Shown piece after piece: positions 19,177 to 28,300 of a DNA stretch of 64,000 bases. Numbering within the stretch: the stretch's first letter is position 1; each line of letters starts with the position of its first letter. The notes under the pieces are model-generated. The model did no database searches. It was not told the origin of the DNA and saw only the letters and a list, made by a program, of their open reading frames with translations. Position numbers and translations under genes: made by a program. This DNA comes from a virus. The DNA is taken from positions 22,123-86,122 of the IMG/VR virus record IMGVR_UViG_3300011013_000008; one strand, given 5' to 3'.

Positions 19177-19357
19177 CCAGTATGAAGATATTTTAGAAGT
19201 AATTAGCGAAGGCTGGGTAGAACATTTACCAGCAGAACAAGTAATGCAAAAGTGTGAAGTATTAGGCTATAGTAAACCAACCAGAGAGGAAGTAATACAT
19301 CAATATGAGAAGCTAGATGACACATTGACAAATTTTATGCAGAGAGGAGGTATGTAA
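19169..19357 (+). CDS. hypothetical protein
   Basis: 62 aa, overlaps both neighbours. Confidence 0.55.
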   Translation: MNNQYEDILEVISEGWVEHLPAEQVMQKCEVLGYSKPTREEVIHQYEKLDDTLTNFMQRGGM

Positions 19358-19815
19358 TGGCAGTAGATTCTAGACAAAAAGGGGCTAGAGCAGAGGCTGC
19401 GTTAGTAAAGTTATTAATTGCAGATACAGGATTTACTTGGAAGCGCACTCCAGGATCTGGTGCATTGCATGCAGATCATTTATTAAAAGGAGATTGTTAT
19501 ATTCCTGGTGAACATAATCTGTTTGTTATAGAAATAAAACATTATAAAGATTGTCATTTAACCTGTAACTTACTAACAGATAAGAATCCACAGTTATTAA
19601 TTTGGTGGGAACAAGCAAAAAGACAAGGTGTACAGGTTAGTAAAAAACCTATTCTATTTTTTAAACATGATAGAAGTAAGTGGTTTGTAGCACTAAGAAA
19701 ACAAGATGCTATACTACCTAAGAAGTATTTACACTATATGCCGGAAGATTTAGTGATTTGTACTTACGATCAATTTAAAACGTATATAATGCCAGAGGTA
19801 GAATTTATAAAATGA
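19357..19815 (+). CDS. D14: D14-like PD-(D/E)xK nuclease / Holliday junction resolvase
   Basis: DSRQKGARAE, RTPGSGA, KGD, IEIKHY, WWEQ. Confidence 0.85.
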   Translation: MAVDSRQKGARAEAALVKLLIADTGFTWKRTPGSGALHADHLLKGDCYIPGEHNLFVIEIKHYKDCHLTCNLLTDKNPQLLIWWEQAKRQGVQVSKKPILFFKHDRSKWFVALRKQDAILPKKYLHYMPEDLVICTYDQFKTYIMPEVEFIK

Positions 19816-20651
19816 GTAAAAGTTTTAGTAGTACAATGCCAGAAGAAGGTAATAATTTAATGATAGTAGATGGTTTCAACTTAGCATTTAGATATAAACA
19901 TGCTAAGAAAAGAAACTTTGCAGTAGAATATTTAAATACTATTGGTAGTTTTGCTAATAGTTATTCTGCATCTGATGTTATAATTCTTTCTGATGGTGGC
20001 TCTGAATATAGAAAACGTATCTATTCTGATTACAAAGGGGATAGAAAAAGAATGCGAGCTAATCAGAGTAAAGAAGAAGCTCAAGAATTTGAGGACTTTA
20101 TGCAAGATTGGAAGTTAGCTTTTGATTTATGCTCTAGTAATTATAGTGGTATTCAATATATCGGCGTAGAAGCTGATGACATTGCTGCCTATATTGCAAC
20201 TAGAAAAGAAGTTCTAGATAAGTACGACCACATATGGTTGCTATCAACTGATAGAGACTGGGATTTACTTATAACTGATAAAGTATCTAGATTTTCTTAT
20301 AGAACTAGAAAGGAAACAACACTAGAGAACTGGAATGAACACTATGATTATTCCCCAGAAGAACATATTAGTGTTAAAGCTTTACAAGGAGATAAATCAG
20401 ACTCTATTCCTGGCGTTGCCGGAATCGGAGAGAAAAGAGCAGCAGCTTTAGTAAAAGAATATGGTTCAGTATATGATATTTATACTAGACTACCGATAAA
20501 TGATAAAAGAGTATTTATGCAAAACTTAAATGCTTTCGGAGATCAACTATTATTAAATTGTAGACTAATGGATTTAGTTGAATATAGCGAAGAAGCTATA
20601 GGAGATAATATAGATGATCTTAATAATAAAATCGAGGATTTATGTCAATAA
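19812..20651 (+). CDS. D15: flap endonuclease (T5 5'-3' exonuclease)
   Basis: IVDGFNLAFRY, YKGDR, GVEADD, STDRDW, GDKSDSIPGVAGIGEKRA. Confidence 0.93.
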   Translation: MSKSFSSTMPEEGNNLMIVDGFNLAFRYKHAKKRNFAVEYLNTIGSFANSYSASDVIILSDGGSEYRKRIYSDYKGDRKRMRANQSKEEAQEFEDFMQDWKLAFDLCSSNYSGIQYIGVEADDIAAYIATRKEVLDKYDHIWLLSTDRDWDLLITDKVSRFSYRTRKETTLENWNEHYDYSPEEHISVKALQGDKSDSIPGVAGIGEKRAAALVKEYGSVYDIYTRLPINDKRVFMQNLNAFGDQLLLNCRLMDLVEYSEEAIGDNIDDLNNKIEDLCQ

Positions 20652-22456
20652 TAGATTATAGTAGAGATGAGAGATTAACAGACTTTGCTAAAGCAACCCT
20701 AAAGGATAGATATTTATTAGATACAGAAACATCCCCACAAGAAGGGTTTCTAAGAGCCTGTAGAGCTTGGGCTAGTAATGAAGCACATGCAGAAAGATTA
20801 TATGATTATGTTAGTAAAGGATGGTTTTCTTTTTCTACACCAAAACTAAGTAATGCTCCAGTAAGACTAGCTTTCGCAGAGAAATGGGAAGATAACTGGG
20901 ATGCAGAGTTATTTGAAGATACAAAAATAGGATTACCTATTAGTTGTTTTCTTAACTATGTTCCAGATTCTAGAGGAGGTCTAGGAGAACATTATACAGA
21001 GAATATTTGGTTAGCTTCTAATGGTGGAGGAATTGGTGGATATTGGGGTACAGTTCGATCAGACGGGACGTCAACGTCCCACGGATCAGAATCCACAGGT
21101 TCTATACCTTTCATGAAGATCGTTGACAGCCAAATGTTAGCCTTCTCCCAGGGCAAGACTCGCAGAGGGTCATATGCGGTCTATCAGGATATTAGTCACC
21201 CAGAGGTTCTAGAGTTTTTAGATATTAGAAAACCAACATCTGGAGATATTAATCGTAAGTGTTTAAACCTGCATCATGGAATTAATATAACTAATAAATT
21301 TATGCGTTTAGTGGATTTAGCTTCTAGCGAAGAAAATATTGATGATTCTTGGGATTTAATTGATCCACATACTAATAAAGTTGTTTCTACAATTAGTGCA
21401 AAAATATTATGGCAACGTATTCTAGAGAATAGAGTTAGTACTGGTGAACCCTATATAACATTTATTGATACAATAAATGAAGCTTTACCTGCGAGCCAGA
21501 AGAAACTGGGTTTAACCGTTAAACAGTCCAATTTATGCACAGAGATTGTACTGGTTACTTCCCCAAAAAGAACTGCAGTATGTGCATTATCTAGTGTTAA
21601 TACTTACTTTTTTGATGAGTGGAAAAATAATATAGACTTTATTCCTGATTTAGTAGAAATGATTGATAATGGCCTAGAATATTTTATTCATAATGCTCCT
21701 GAAGAAATGTGGAGAGCGGTAAATTCTGCCAAAGCAGAAAGAAGTATAGGACTAGGACAATTAGGATTTCATAGTTTACTTCAGAAGAAAGGTATTCCAT
21801 TTGAAAGTGCTCTTGCAACTTCTTTAAATAGACAAATTGCGAAGCATATCTATGAAGAAGCGATAGCCTCCTCTTCCGTGTTAGCGGAAGAAAGAGGCGA
21901 GCCTTCGGATATGGAGGGCACAGGTCGTCGAAATGCTCACTTAATAGCAATCGCTCCAAATGCTAGCTCCGCTATTATAGCCGGAGTATCTCCTAGTATT
22001 GAACTAATTGTTAGTAATATTTTTACACAAAAGACTTTAAGTGGTTCTTTTACTGTAAAGAACAAAGAATTAGAAAAACTACTAGAAGAAAAGTATGATA
22101 AAAATACTAGAGAAATATGGAAGCAAATATTAGGTGATAATGGTTCTGTACGTAGTCTTGAGTTTTTAACAGATTATGAGAAGGATATATTTAAAACTGC
22201 ACAGGAAGTAGACCAGAGATGGATTATAGATCATGCAGGAGATAGACAACCTTATATATGTCAAGCACAGTCAATAAATATATTTGTACCAGCAAATGTA
22301 GATATTTTATATTTACACAAGATACATATGAGAGCATGGAAACATGGATTAAAATCATTATACTACTGTAGATCAAATACACTACAGAGAGCTGATATAA
22401 TCAGTAAAATAGAGAGGGTTAAATTAGATGACGAAGAATGTCTTAGCTGCCAATAA
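20642..22456 (+). CDS. nrdA: class I ribonucleotide reductase alpha subunit (no ATP cone)
   Basis: PISCF, GGGIG, SNLCTEI, AIAPNASS, KSLYYCRS, C-terminal CLSC. Confidence 0.95.
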   Translation: MSIIDYSRDERLTDFAKATLKDRYLLDTETSPQEGFLRACRAWASNEAHAERLYDYVSKGWFSFSTPKLSNAPVRLAFAEKWEDNWDAELFEDTKIGLPISCFLNYVPDSRGGLGEHYTENIWLASNGGGIGGYWGTVRSDGTSTSHGSESTGSIPFMKIVDSQMLAFSQGKTRRGSYAVYQDISHPEVLEFLDIRKPTSGDINRKCLNLHHGINITNKFMRLVDLASSEENIDDSWDLIDPHTNKVVSTISAKILWQRILENRVSTGEPYITFIDTINEALPASQKKLGLTVKQSNLCTEIVLVTSPKRTAVCALSSVNTYFFDEWKNNIDFIPDLVEMIDNGLEYFIHNAPEEMWRAVNSAKAERSIGLGQLGFHSLLQKKGIPFESALATSLNRQIAKHIYEEAIASSSVLAEERGEPSDMEGTGRRNAHLIAIAPNASSAIIAGVSPSIELIVSNIFTQKTLSGSFTVKNKELEKLLEEKYDKNTREIWKQILGDNGSVRSLEFLTDYEKDIFKTAQEVDQRWIIDHAGDRQPYICQAQSINIFVPANVDILYLHKIHMRAWKHGLKSLYYCRSNTLQRADIISKIERVKLDDEECLSCQ

Positions 22457-23414
22457 AGGAATATTAGGTACTAGAACAGAGTATAAGCCTTTTCAGTATG
22501 AATGGGCATTTGATTACTATCAGATGCAAAATAAGATACATTGGATTCCTGAAGAAGTATTATTGCATGAAGATATAAAAGATTGGAATTTGAGATTATC
22601 AGACGATGATAAAGCCTTATTACAAGACTTGTTTATGCTCTTTACACAGAGCGATGTTGATGTAGCAAAAGGTTATGTTGAGAATTACATGCCATGGTTC
22701 AAATTACCAGAACTAAGAATGATGATGCTATCTATAGGTAATACAGAAGCCATTCATCAGCATGCTTATGCTTATTTGATTGATACTTTAGGTTTTGAAG
22801 AGTCAATTTATTCTGCTTTTAATGATTATAAAGTTATGGTAGATAAGCATGAATATGTAACGCAGTATAAAGTAACTGATATACCATCATTAATGAAGTC
22901 GCTAGCAGTATATAGCGGATTTACTGAAGGATTGCATTTATTTTCTAGTTTTGCTATTTTACTTAATTTTTCTAGATTTAATAGAATGAAGGGAATGGGA
23001 CAGATTGTCACTTGGTCTATCCGTGATGAAGAACTACATATTGAAGCTATGACTAAAGTATTCAGAACTCTAGTAAAAGAAAATATTCAATACTGGACAG
23101 ATGATTTCAAAAAAGAAATCTATGATATTTGTAGAACTATGGTTAAGCTAGAAGATGCTTTTATTGATAATGCTTTTAAAGACTATAAGATTGAAGGTAT
23201 TACAGCAGAGGAAGCTAAGTCTTATATTAGATTTATCGCGGATAGACGCTTATTGCAGTTAGGTCTAAAAACTAATTATGATATGAGGGAAAGTCCTTTG
23301 GATTGGATGGAAGATATGTTAAGTGGTATTGAGCATACAAACTTTTTTGAGAATAGAGCTACAGAATACTCTAAGGGAGCTATGACTGGTAGTTGGCAGG
23401 ATGTTTGGAAATGA
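22428..23414 (+). CDS. nrdB: class I ribonucleotide reductase beta subunit
   Basis: HWIPEEV, EAIHQHAY, EGLHLFSSF, RDEELH, NFFENRATEY. Confidence 0.95.
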   Translation: MTKNVLAANKGILGTRTEYKPFQYEWAFDYYQMQNKIHWIPEEVLLHEDIKDWNLRLSDDDKALLQDLFMLFTQSDVDVAKGYVENYMPWFKLPELRMMMLSIGNTEAIHQHAYAYLIDTLGFEESIYSAFNDYKVMVDKHEYVTQYKVTDIPSLMKSLAVYSGFTEGLHLFSSFAILLNFSRFNRMKGMGQIVTWSIRDEELHIEAMTKVFRTLVKENIQYWTDDFKKEIYDICRTMVKLEDAFIDNAFKDYKIEGITAEEAKSYIRFIADRRLLQLGLKTNYDMRESPLDWMEDMLSGIEHTNFFENRATEYSKGAMTGSWQDVWK

Positions 23415-23450
23415 ATAAGTTGGATACAGGAACTGGCTAACTTAGTAGAG

Positions 23451-23482
23451 AAGGAAGAGTAGTAACTACTCTTCCTTTTTTA
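23451..23482. terminator. terminator at the convergence of early and late transcription
   Basis: AAGGAAGAGTAG-TAA-CTACTCTTCCTT plus T tract; overlaps the o-spanin stop. Confidence 0.8.
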
Positions 23483-23750
23483 TTGCCTGTAATAAGTTAA
23501 GCAACTCTTTAATATAACCTTCTAGTGTTATTTTTGTAGCTACATAGGCTTTGCCTATAGTAGCATAGTCGGTTCTATTTTGTTCTACTAATAAATCAGT
23601 AGGTAAGACAGGTTCGGGTGGTATATCAAATTTAGGTATTTGATATACAGGTACATCAACATACTTAGTTTTATATACTATTTGTGGCTTTGGCTTAGGA
23701 CAGCCAACGAGGAAACTACTAATTAGTAGTACTAATATTAATCGCTTCAT
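23466..23750 (-). CDS. o-spanin (outer-membrane lipoprotein)
   Basis: Signal peptide with LVGC lipobox, Pro-rich, overlaps the i-spanin. Confidence 0.8.
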   Translation of the reverse strand: MKRLILVLLISSFLVGCPKPKPQIVYKTKYVDVPVYQIPKFDIPPEPVLPTDLLVEQNRTDYATIGKAYVATKITLEGYIKELLNLLQAIKKEE

Positions 23751-24093
23751 CTAACATCCACTCCATTGTATCAGTACAACCTTCTAGTTGTTTTTTATTA
23801 ATTGAATTAAGTTGCTTGGACACATTACTCTTTAGTTTAACATTTTCAGTGCTAGCTTTACTTAATTTACTATTAGTATCTTCTAACTTTCTATTAAAGT
23901 TATCTATAATAGAATTTTGATGAGTAATAGCTTGTTTTAAATTTTCAGCAGAAGCTTCACAGATAGTAAGTTGAGCTTTTGCCATTCCTAGTGCATTATC
24001 TTTATCACTAATTACACCATTAAGATAAAAGACATACCCTGACATAGTTAATAAAACTACGCCAAGGATAGCAGATATATATTTACTAATCAT
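23719..24093 (-). CDS. i-spanin
   Basis: N-terminal TM helix plus coiled coil, directly after the endolysin. Confidence 0.8.
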   Translation of the reverse strand: MISKYISAILGVVLLTMSGYVFYLNGVISDKDNALGMAKAQLTICEASAENLKQAITHQNSIIDNFNRKLEDTNSKLSKASTENVKLKSNVSKQLNSINKKQLEGCTDTMEWMLDEAINISTTN

Positions 24094-24117
24094 CTTTCTC
24101 AGTATCTATAAAAATAC

Positions 24118-24543
24118 TCATCTGCTTAATATCTCCCAATGTGGTAAGTCATCAAAGGATTGATCTGAAAAATCTCCATCACCATCCCAATCTCCTCCCC
24201 ATCTTACTTTTATTCCAAGTTGAACAGCAGTACATTTAACATAACCAGCAAAATGATAAAATCTAGCAATTGCTTTCTGTCTTTCTTTTTTAGTACCTGT
24301 ATTACCCCAATTAATTGGATAAGGTGATACATCAACTGCTTCACTAAGATAAGAATTATGCTTAGAGTTAGGCCACTGTACTTTTGATCTTTTAGTAGAA
24401 TAAGCGTATTGTTGGTCTATCTTACTTCTATGCCCTTGTAATATAGTACAATCATAATACTTAATTACAGTATTAAATAAATCCTGTAATTCAGGAACAC
24501 AAGTATCTAATCTATCCTTAGATGTTTTACTAAAGTTACTCAT
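24118..24543 (-). CDS. endolysin, M15 L-alanyl-D-glutamate peptidase
   Basis: GHR...Q, SKH...AVD, RWGGDW, DLPHWE. Confidence 0.9.
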   Translation of the reverse strand: MSNFSKTSKDRLDTCVPELQDLFNTVIKYYDCTILQGHRSKIDQQYAYSTKRSKVQWPNSKHNSYLSEAVDVSPYPINWGNTGTKKERQKAIARFYHFAGYVKCTAVQLGIKVRWGGDWDGDGDFSDQSFDDLPHWEILSR

Positions 24544-24878
24544 TTTTTACAATGTACCCCCCTGTAATCATGCCTATCTAGGTATCGGCATATTTCTACA
24601 CCGAGCTTATTTCTAAGGCTACCTTTAGGCTCTTCGTATTTGTATCTAGTTACTCTATTTGTAACTAGATCCTTCCAAGACTTAGATGGCCCACCTATAA
24701 AAGGCATAAAGATAAAATACTTATCTAGCAGCCAGTCTAGGGCTACAAATACAACTTCTAGAGGATATAGTAAATACTCAAATTTAGTATCTTGTAACTT
24801 AGCCATTAAGCTCATTAAAATTGGAAAGGTTACTAGCAGAGTTACTGCTAGTAGAAGGAAGTATAAAAATATATTCAT
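24540..24878 (-). CDS. membrane protein upstream of the endolysin (holin or antiholin candidate)
   Basis: Two hydrophobic N-terminal segments; position. Confidence 0.45.
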   Translation of the reverse strand: MNIFLYFLLLAVTLLVTFPILMSLMAKLQDTKFEYLLYPLEVVFVALDWLLDKYFIFMPFIGGPSKSWKDLVTNRVTRYKYEEPKGSLRNKLGVEICRYLDRHDYRGVHCKK

Positions 24879-24890
24879 TAATTTCTCCTA

Positions 24891-25364
24891 TTATGGATTA
24901 AAGTTATCTGCAAGAGTTCCATTTATCTCCGCCTGATTACTTGCGTCCCTTATTGTTTTTATTTGAGACCAGATAGACTTAATGACATCGGACTCCGCTT
25001 GCTCAGTGACGGTAAGTGCTGCGCCAGTGGCTATCTTGTTTGTTAGCTCCAGCTCTCTAGCAATCATGTTTCGCTGCTTAACTTCATCTGCTATTGCTAA
25101 TATTGCAGATGAGGCTTTAGACTTAATTTTAGCTACTCTTAATTCTTCTATAGTATTTGCTTCTTCTATAGTATAGTCAAAAGAACTCATTAATGCATCT
25201 AGAGTTGCTTGATCTATACCTTGAACATCTAAATTGAAGACTGTAAGATCTGGTTCACCATTTACTTCAGGATGACTTGTATATAAATCTTCTGTACGAA
25301 CACCTAAATAATTAGCTAATAACTGTAAGTTAATATTAACTGGAAAATTATTTATTATACTCAT
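24891..25364 (-). CDS. putative tail fibre assembly protein
   Basis: Follows the tail tip gene; WSQIKTIRDASNQAE-type C-terminus. Confidence 0.5.
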   Translation of the reverse strand: MSIINNFPVNINLQLLANYLGVRTEDLYTSHPEVNGEPDLTVFNLDVQGIDQATLDALMSSFDYTIEEANTIEELRVAKIKSKASSAILAIADEVKQRNMIARELELTNKIATGAALTVTEQAESDVIKSIWSQIKTIRDASNQAEINGTLADNFNP

Positions 25365-28300
25365 GCTTTATACCCCCAAGCTATATATCGTGCTGTATTA
25401 GCACTCATACTTATATCCCTATGCACTACAAAATTTGATGTAGTTATATAGTGCACATGTATTCCTACAGCGTCAGATATAGAGCTATCATTTGGAATAG
25501 CCATTGTTAAAAATGGAGTAGTAAAAGTTAATCCTGAGTGATAAGAAACCGTTTGATTGTTTACTGTATTTGAAGCAAATGTACCCCAAATAATTAATAA
25601 ACCATCATTAAAGTGTTTATACCCTTGTGTAGAAGAACCAATACTCTTTGCCCTAGTAACTGAAAATTCATTCCACCGTGAACTTAGATAAGCATGCATG
25701 GAATTACCATCAGAAGGAACCCACATAGATCCTTCATAAGCACCAGCAGGCTTATAGCTTGCAATAGATGGCTCTATATACAATGGAACTCCCTCTGCAG
25801 TAGATGCAAATGCTGTTACTCCAATAGCTCCTTTTGAATTGCCATTAGTTCCTCCTTCAACCCCTCTAACATAGCCATAACCAATTATAGCACTAGAATA
25901 TCCTGATTTATAATTCTGCGCACGTATAGTATATGTAGGCCCATTACTTTCAGCATGAATAGCTTGATACTTTCCTGTAGTTGCTAAACTAGAGCCTAAC
26001 TTTAGAACAGTATTATCTGTACCATATCCAAGATTAATACCAATAGTAGCTACTTTATAGTTATTACTATCATAAAATTCAGCTTCATTAGTTGTTGAAT
26101 TTAATACCATTCTCTGGCCAGTAGATTTTGTTTGTACTGTTCTAGCAGTTAATGTACCAGCAGTAATTTTGTCTGCGCTAAGTGATCCTATTTGGGCATC
26201 AGTGATTGTACCATTAGCTATTTGTGTATTATCTACTTGGTTTAATAAAGCTAATTTACCTTGTCCAGCTATACCAGCAGCTATATTACTAGCTGTTATA
26301 TCAGCATTAGGGTTAGTCCTTGAAATTACCAAGCCTTGTACAAGTGGTTCACCAAAAGTGTTAAATGAATTAATCTGTAAAAATGGTGCGATTGATGTTG
26401 TTCCAGATGCAATTACCAACTCACCTGTTAAATATGTCCAATCATTACCAGCAGCTAAATTTACTGCATAAGGCCACAAATTCTGTGCTACCCCACCTAT
26501 CCACTGTCTATACCCGAACTGCGTTAGTTGCGTTGTAGCCTGTGTATTAATCCAACACGCCCAGTACATTGTTTCACCCGGCGTTACTGGTATTCTATTG
26601 GTTTGGTCATAATTATCTCTCTGGGTTAGCTTTAGAGCGTGTGTATATCCGTCTAATGCTGACACACCTGCAACTGATGAAATAGCCACGACACTTCCAC
26701 TTGTCCAATCACCTTTAAATAAACTATCAGTGAACGTGCCTGTATTTAATAAATTTGCACCAGTTGCATTAGCCATCGCAATAGTTCTTGCGGTAGTTAT
26801 ATCCTGTTGCGTTTGAGCATCTGATTGGTTTTGTGTAGCATTTAAAGCGCCAGTGTATCCAATATCTGCGGGAGTAGTGTTAGCATTTAATAGCTGAGTA
26901 TCACCTACAACAGTTCCACCATAGTTTTTAATATTTACCCCAGATTGAGCTCCTACTGTTGCTTGGGGTTCATAGTTAAAATTAGGCGTTAATAAAATTC
27001 CTACTGGAGAGTAAGTTGTGCCTAAACTATTGCCTACTGTTTGATTATCATTAATCCAAGCAGTCGACCCAGTACCTTTTCTCCATATACCCTCTAACCT
27101 TACAGATGTATAATTTGTTGTGTACGCATATATAGTCCATTTGTATGAATTTATAGGGTTTCCAATTGCTTCTCTGTATACTTTGAATCTGGCATCAAAT
27201 TGAGTTTGATTATCCACAGATACAGAAAACACACTTGAGCCAATTCCTAAGGGTGAACCACTAGTAACAACCCCACTAATTGATACACGAGCTGAATTAG
27301 TATATCTACCTGTAGAAGAACCCAAGTTTGCAGTTCCGTTAAATGACCAACTTGTCCAATTATTAACTAATGTGAAAGACGCAACTTTATACCAGCCATT
27401 AGCATTATGATTATTATCAACTTGACAACTAATGTAATATTCTCTATTGGCTGTCGCTAAATCATTACCATTGTATCGTTTTAGTATTTCACTGGAATTT
27501 ATTACATCAGACCATTGCTGATTAGTATTTAATACAGTAGTATCAGAAGGTTGCCCAGATATATTACTATTCCAAGTTGAACCAGCTGTTGCACCAGCCT
27601 CTGAAGGAGCATTTATAGTCTGTAACACATCAATATCAGAATTAGAATAAATTTCTTTCTTTTTCCAAGCTGACCAAGTAGGATAACTAGTTGGGTTAAC
27701 TTCACGAGTCCATTCTTCAGACTCATTAGCAGCACTGATTGCTGCTAGATAAAATACTTGAGTTGCTCTATTACTAGCATACCAGTGTGTAACTACACCA
27801 CCATAAGTATCAGGCCAAGTATTATTATTAACTACTTGAAACATTAAGAAAGGTGCTTTATCTAGTGTAGCATATACTGAAGCATTATCTGTACCAGCAT
27901 AGGCATTATCAGCTAGTGTTTTTACAACATTATCTGTATACGCTTTAGCATTAGCCTCTGCAGTATTAGCGGATGCCTGCGCATCAACTAGATTCTGTGT
28001 ACCAGATACACCAGTTATAGCATTAGGAGTTCTTACACTAACATTACCAGTAGTATCTTCAGCAATAGCCCAATAGTACATAGTAGCATATTGGTTATCA
28101 ACATCAGTTAAAGTAGTACCACTAGTAGTACCAATTACCTTTTTAGAAGCATCATTCCAATTATTAACATTAGCACTATATATAGTAGTATGTTTAAAGT
28201 CTAAATCAGTAGGATTAGTCCAACTAATTTTTATCTGACCGTCTAAACCGGAGGTAACATTTAGTCCTGTTACTGGATTAGGTGCTGCACTTTTCCCTAC

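Noticed and set aside
11268-22456. Introns or inteins in pol, helicases or nrdA
   Set aside because: The ORFs are continuous and of expected size, with no intein motifs seen.
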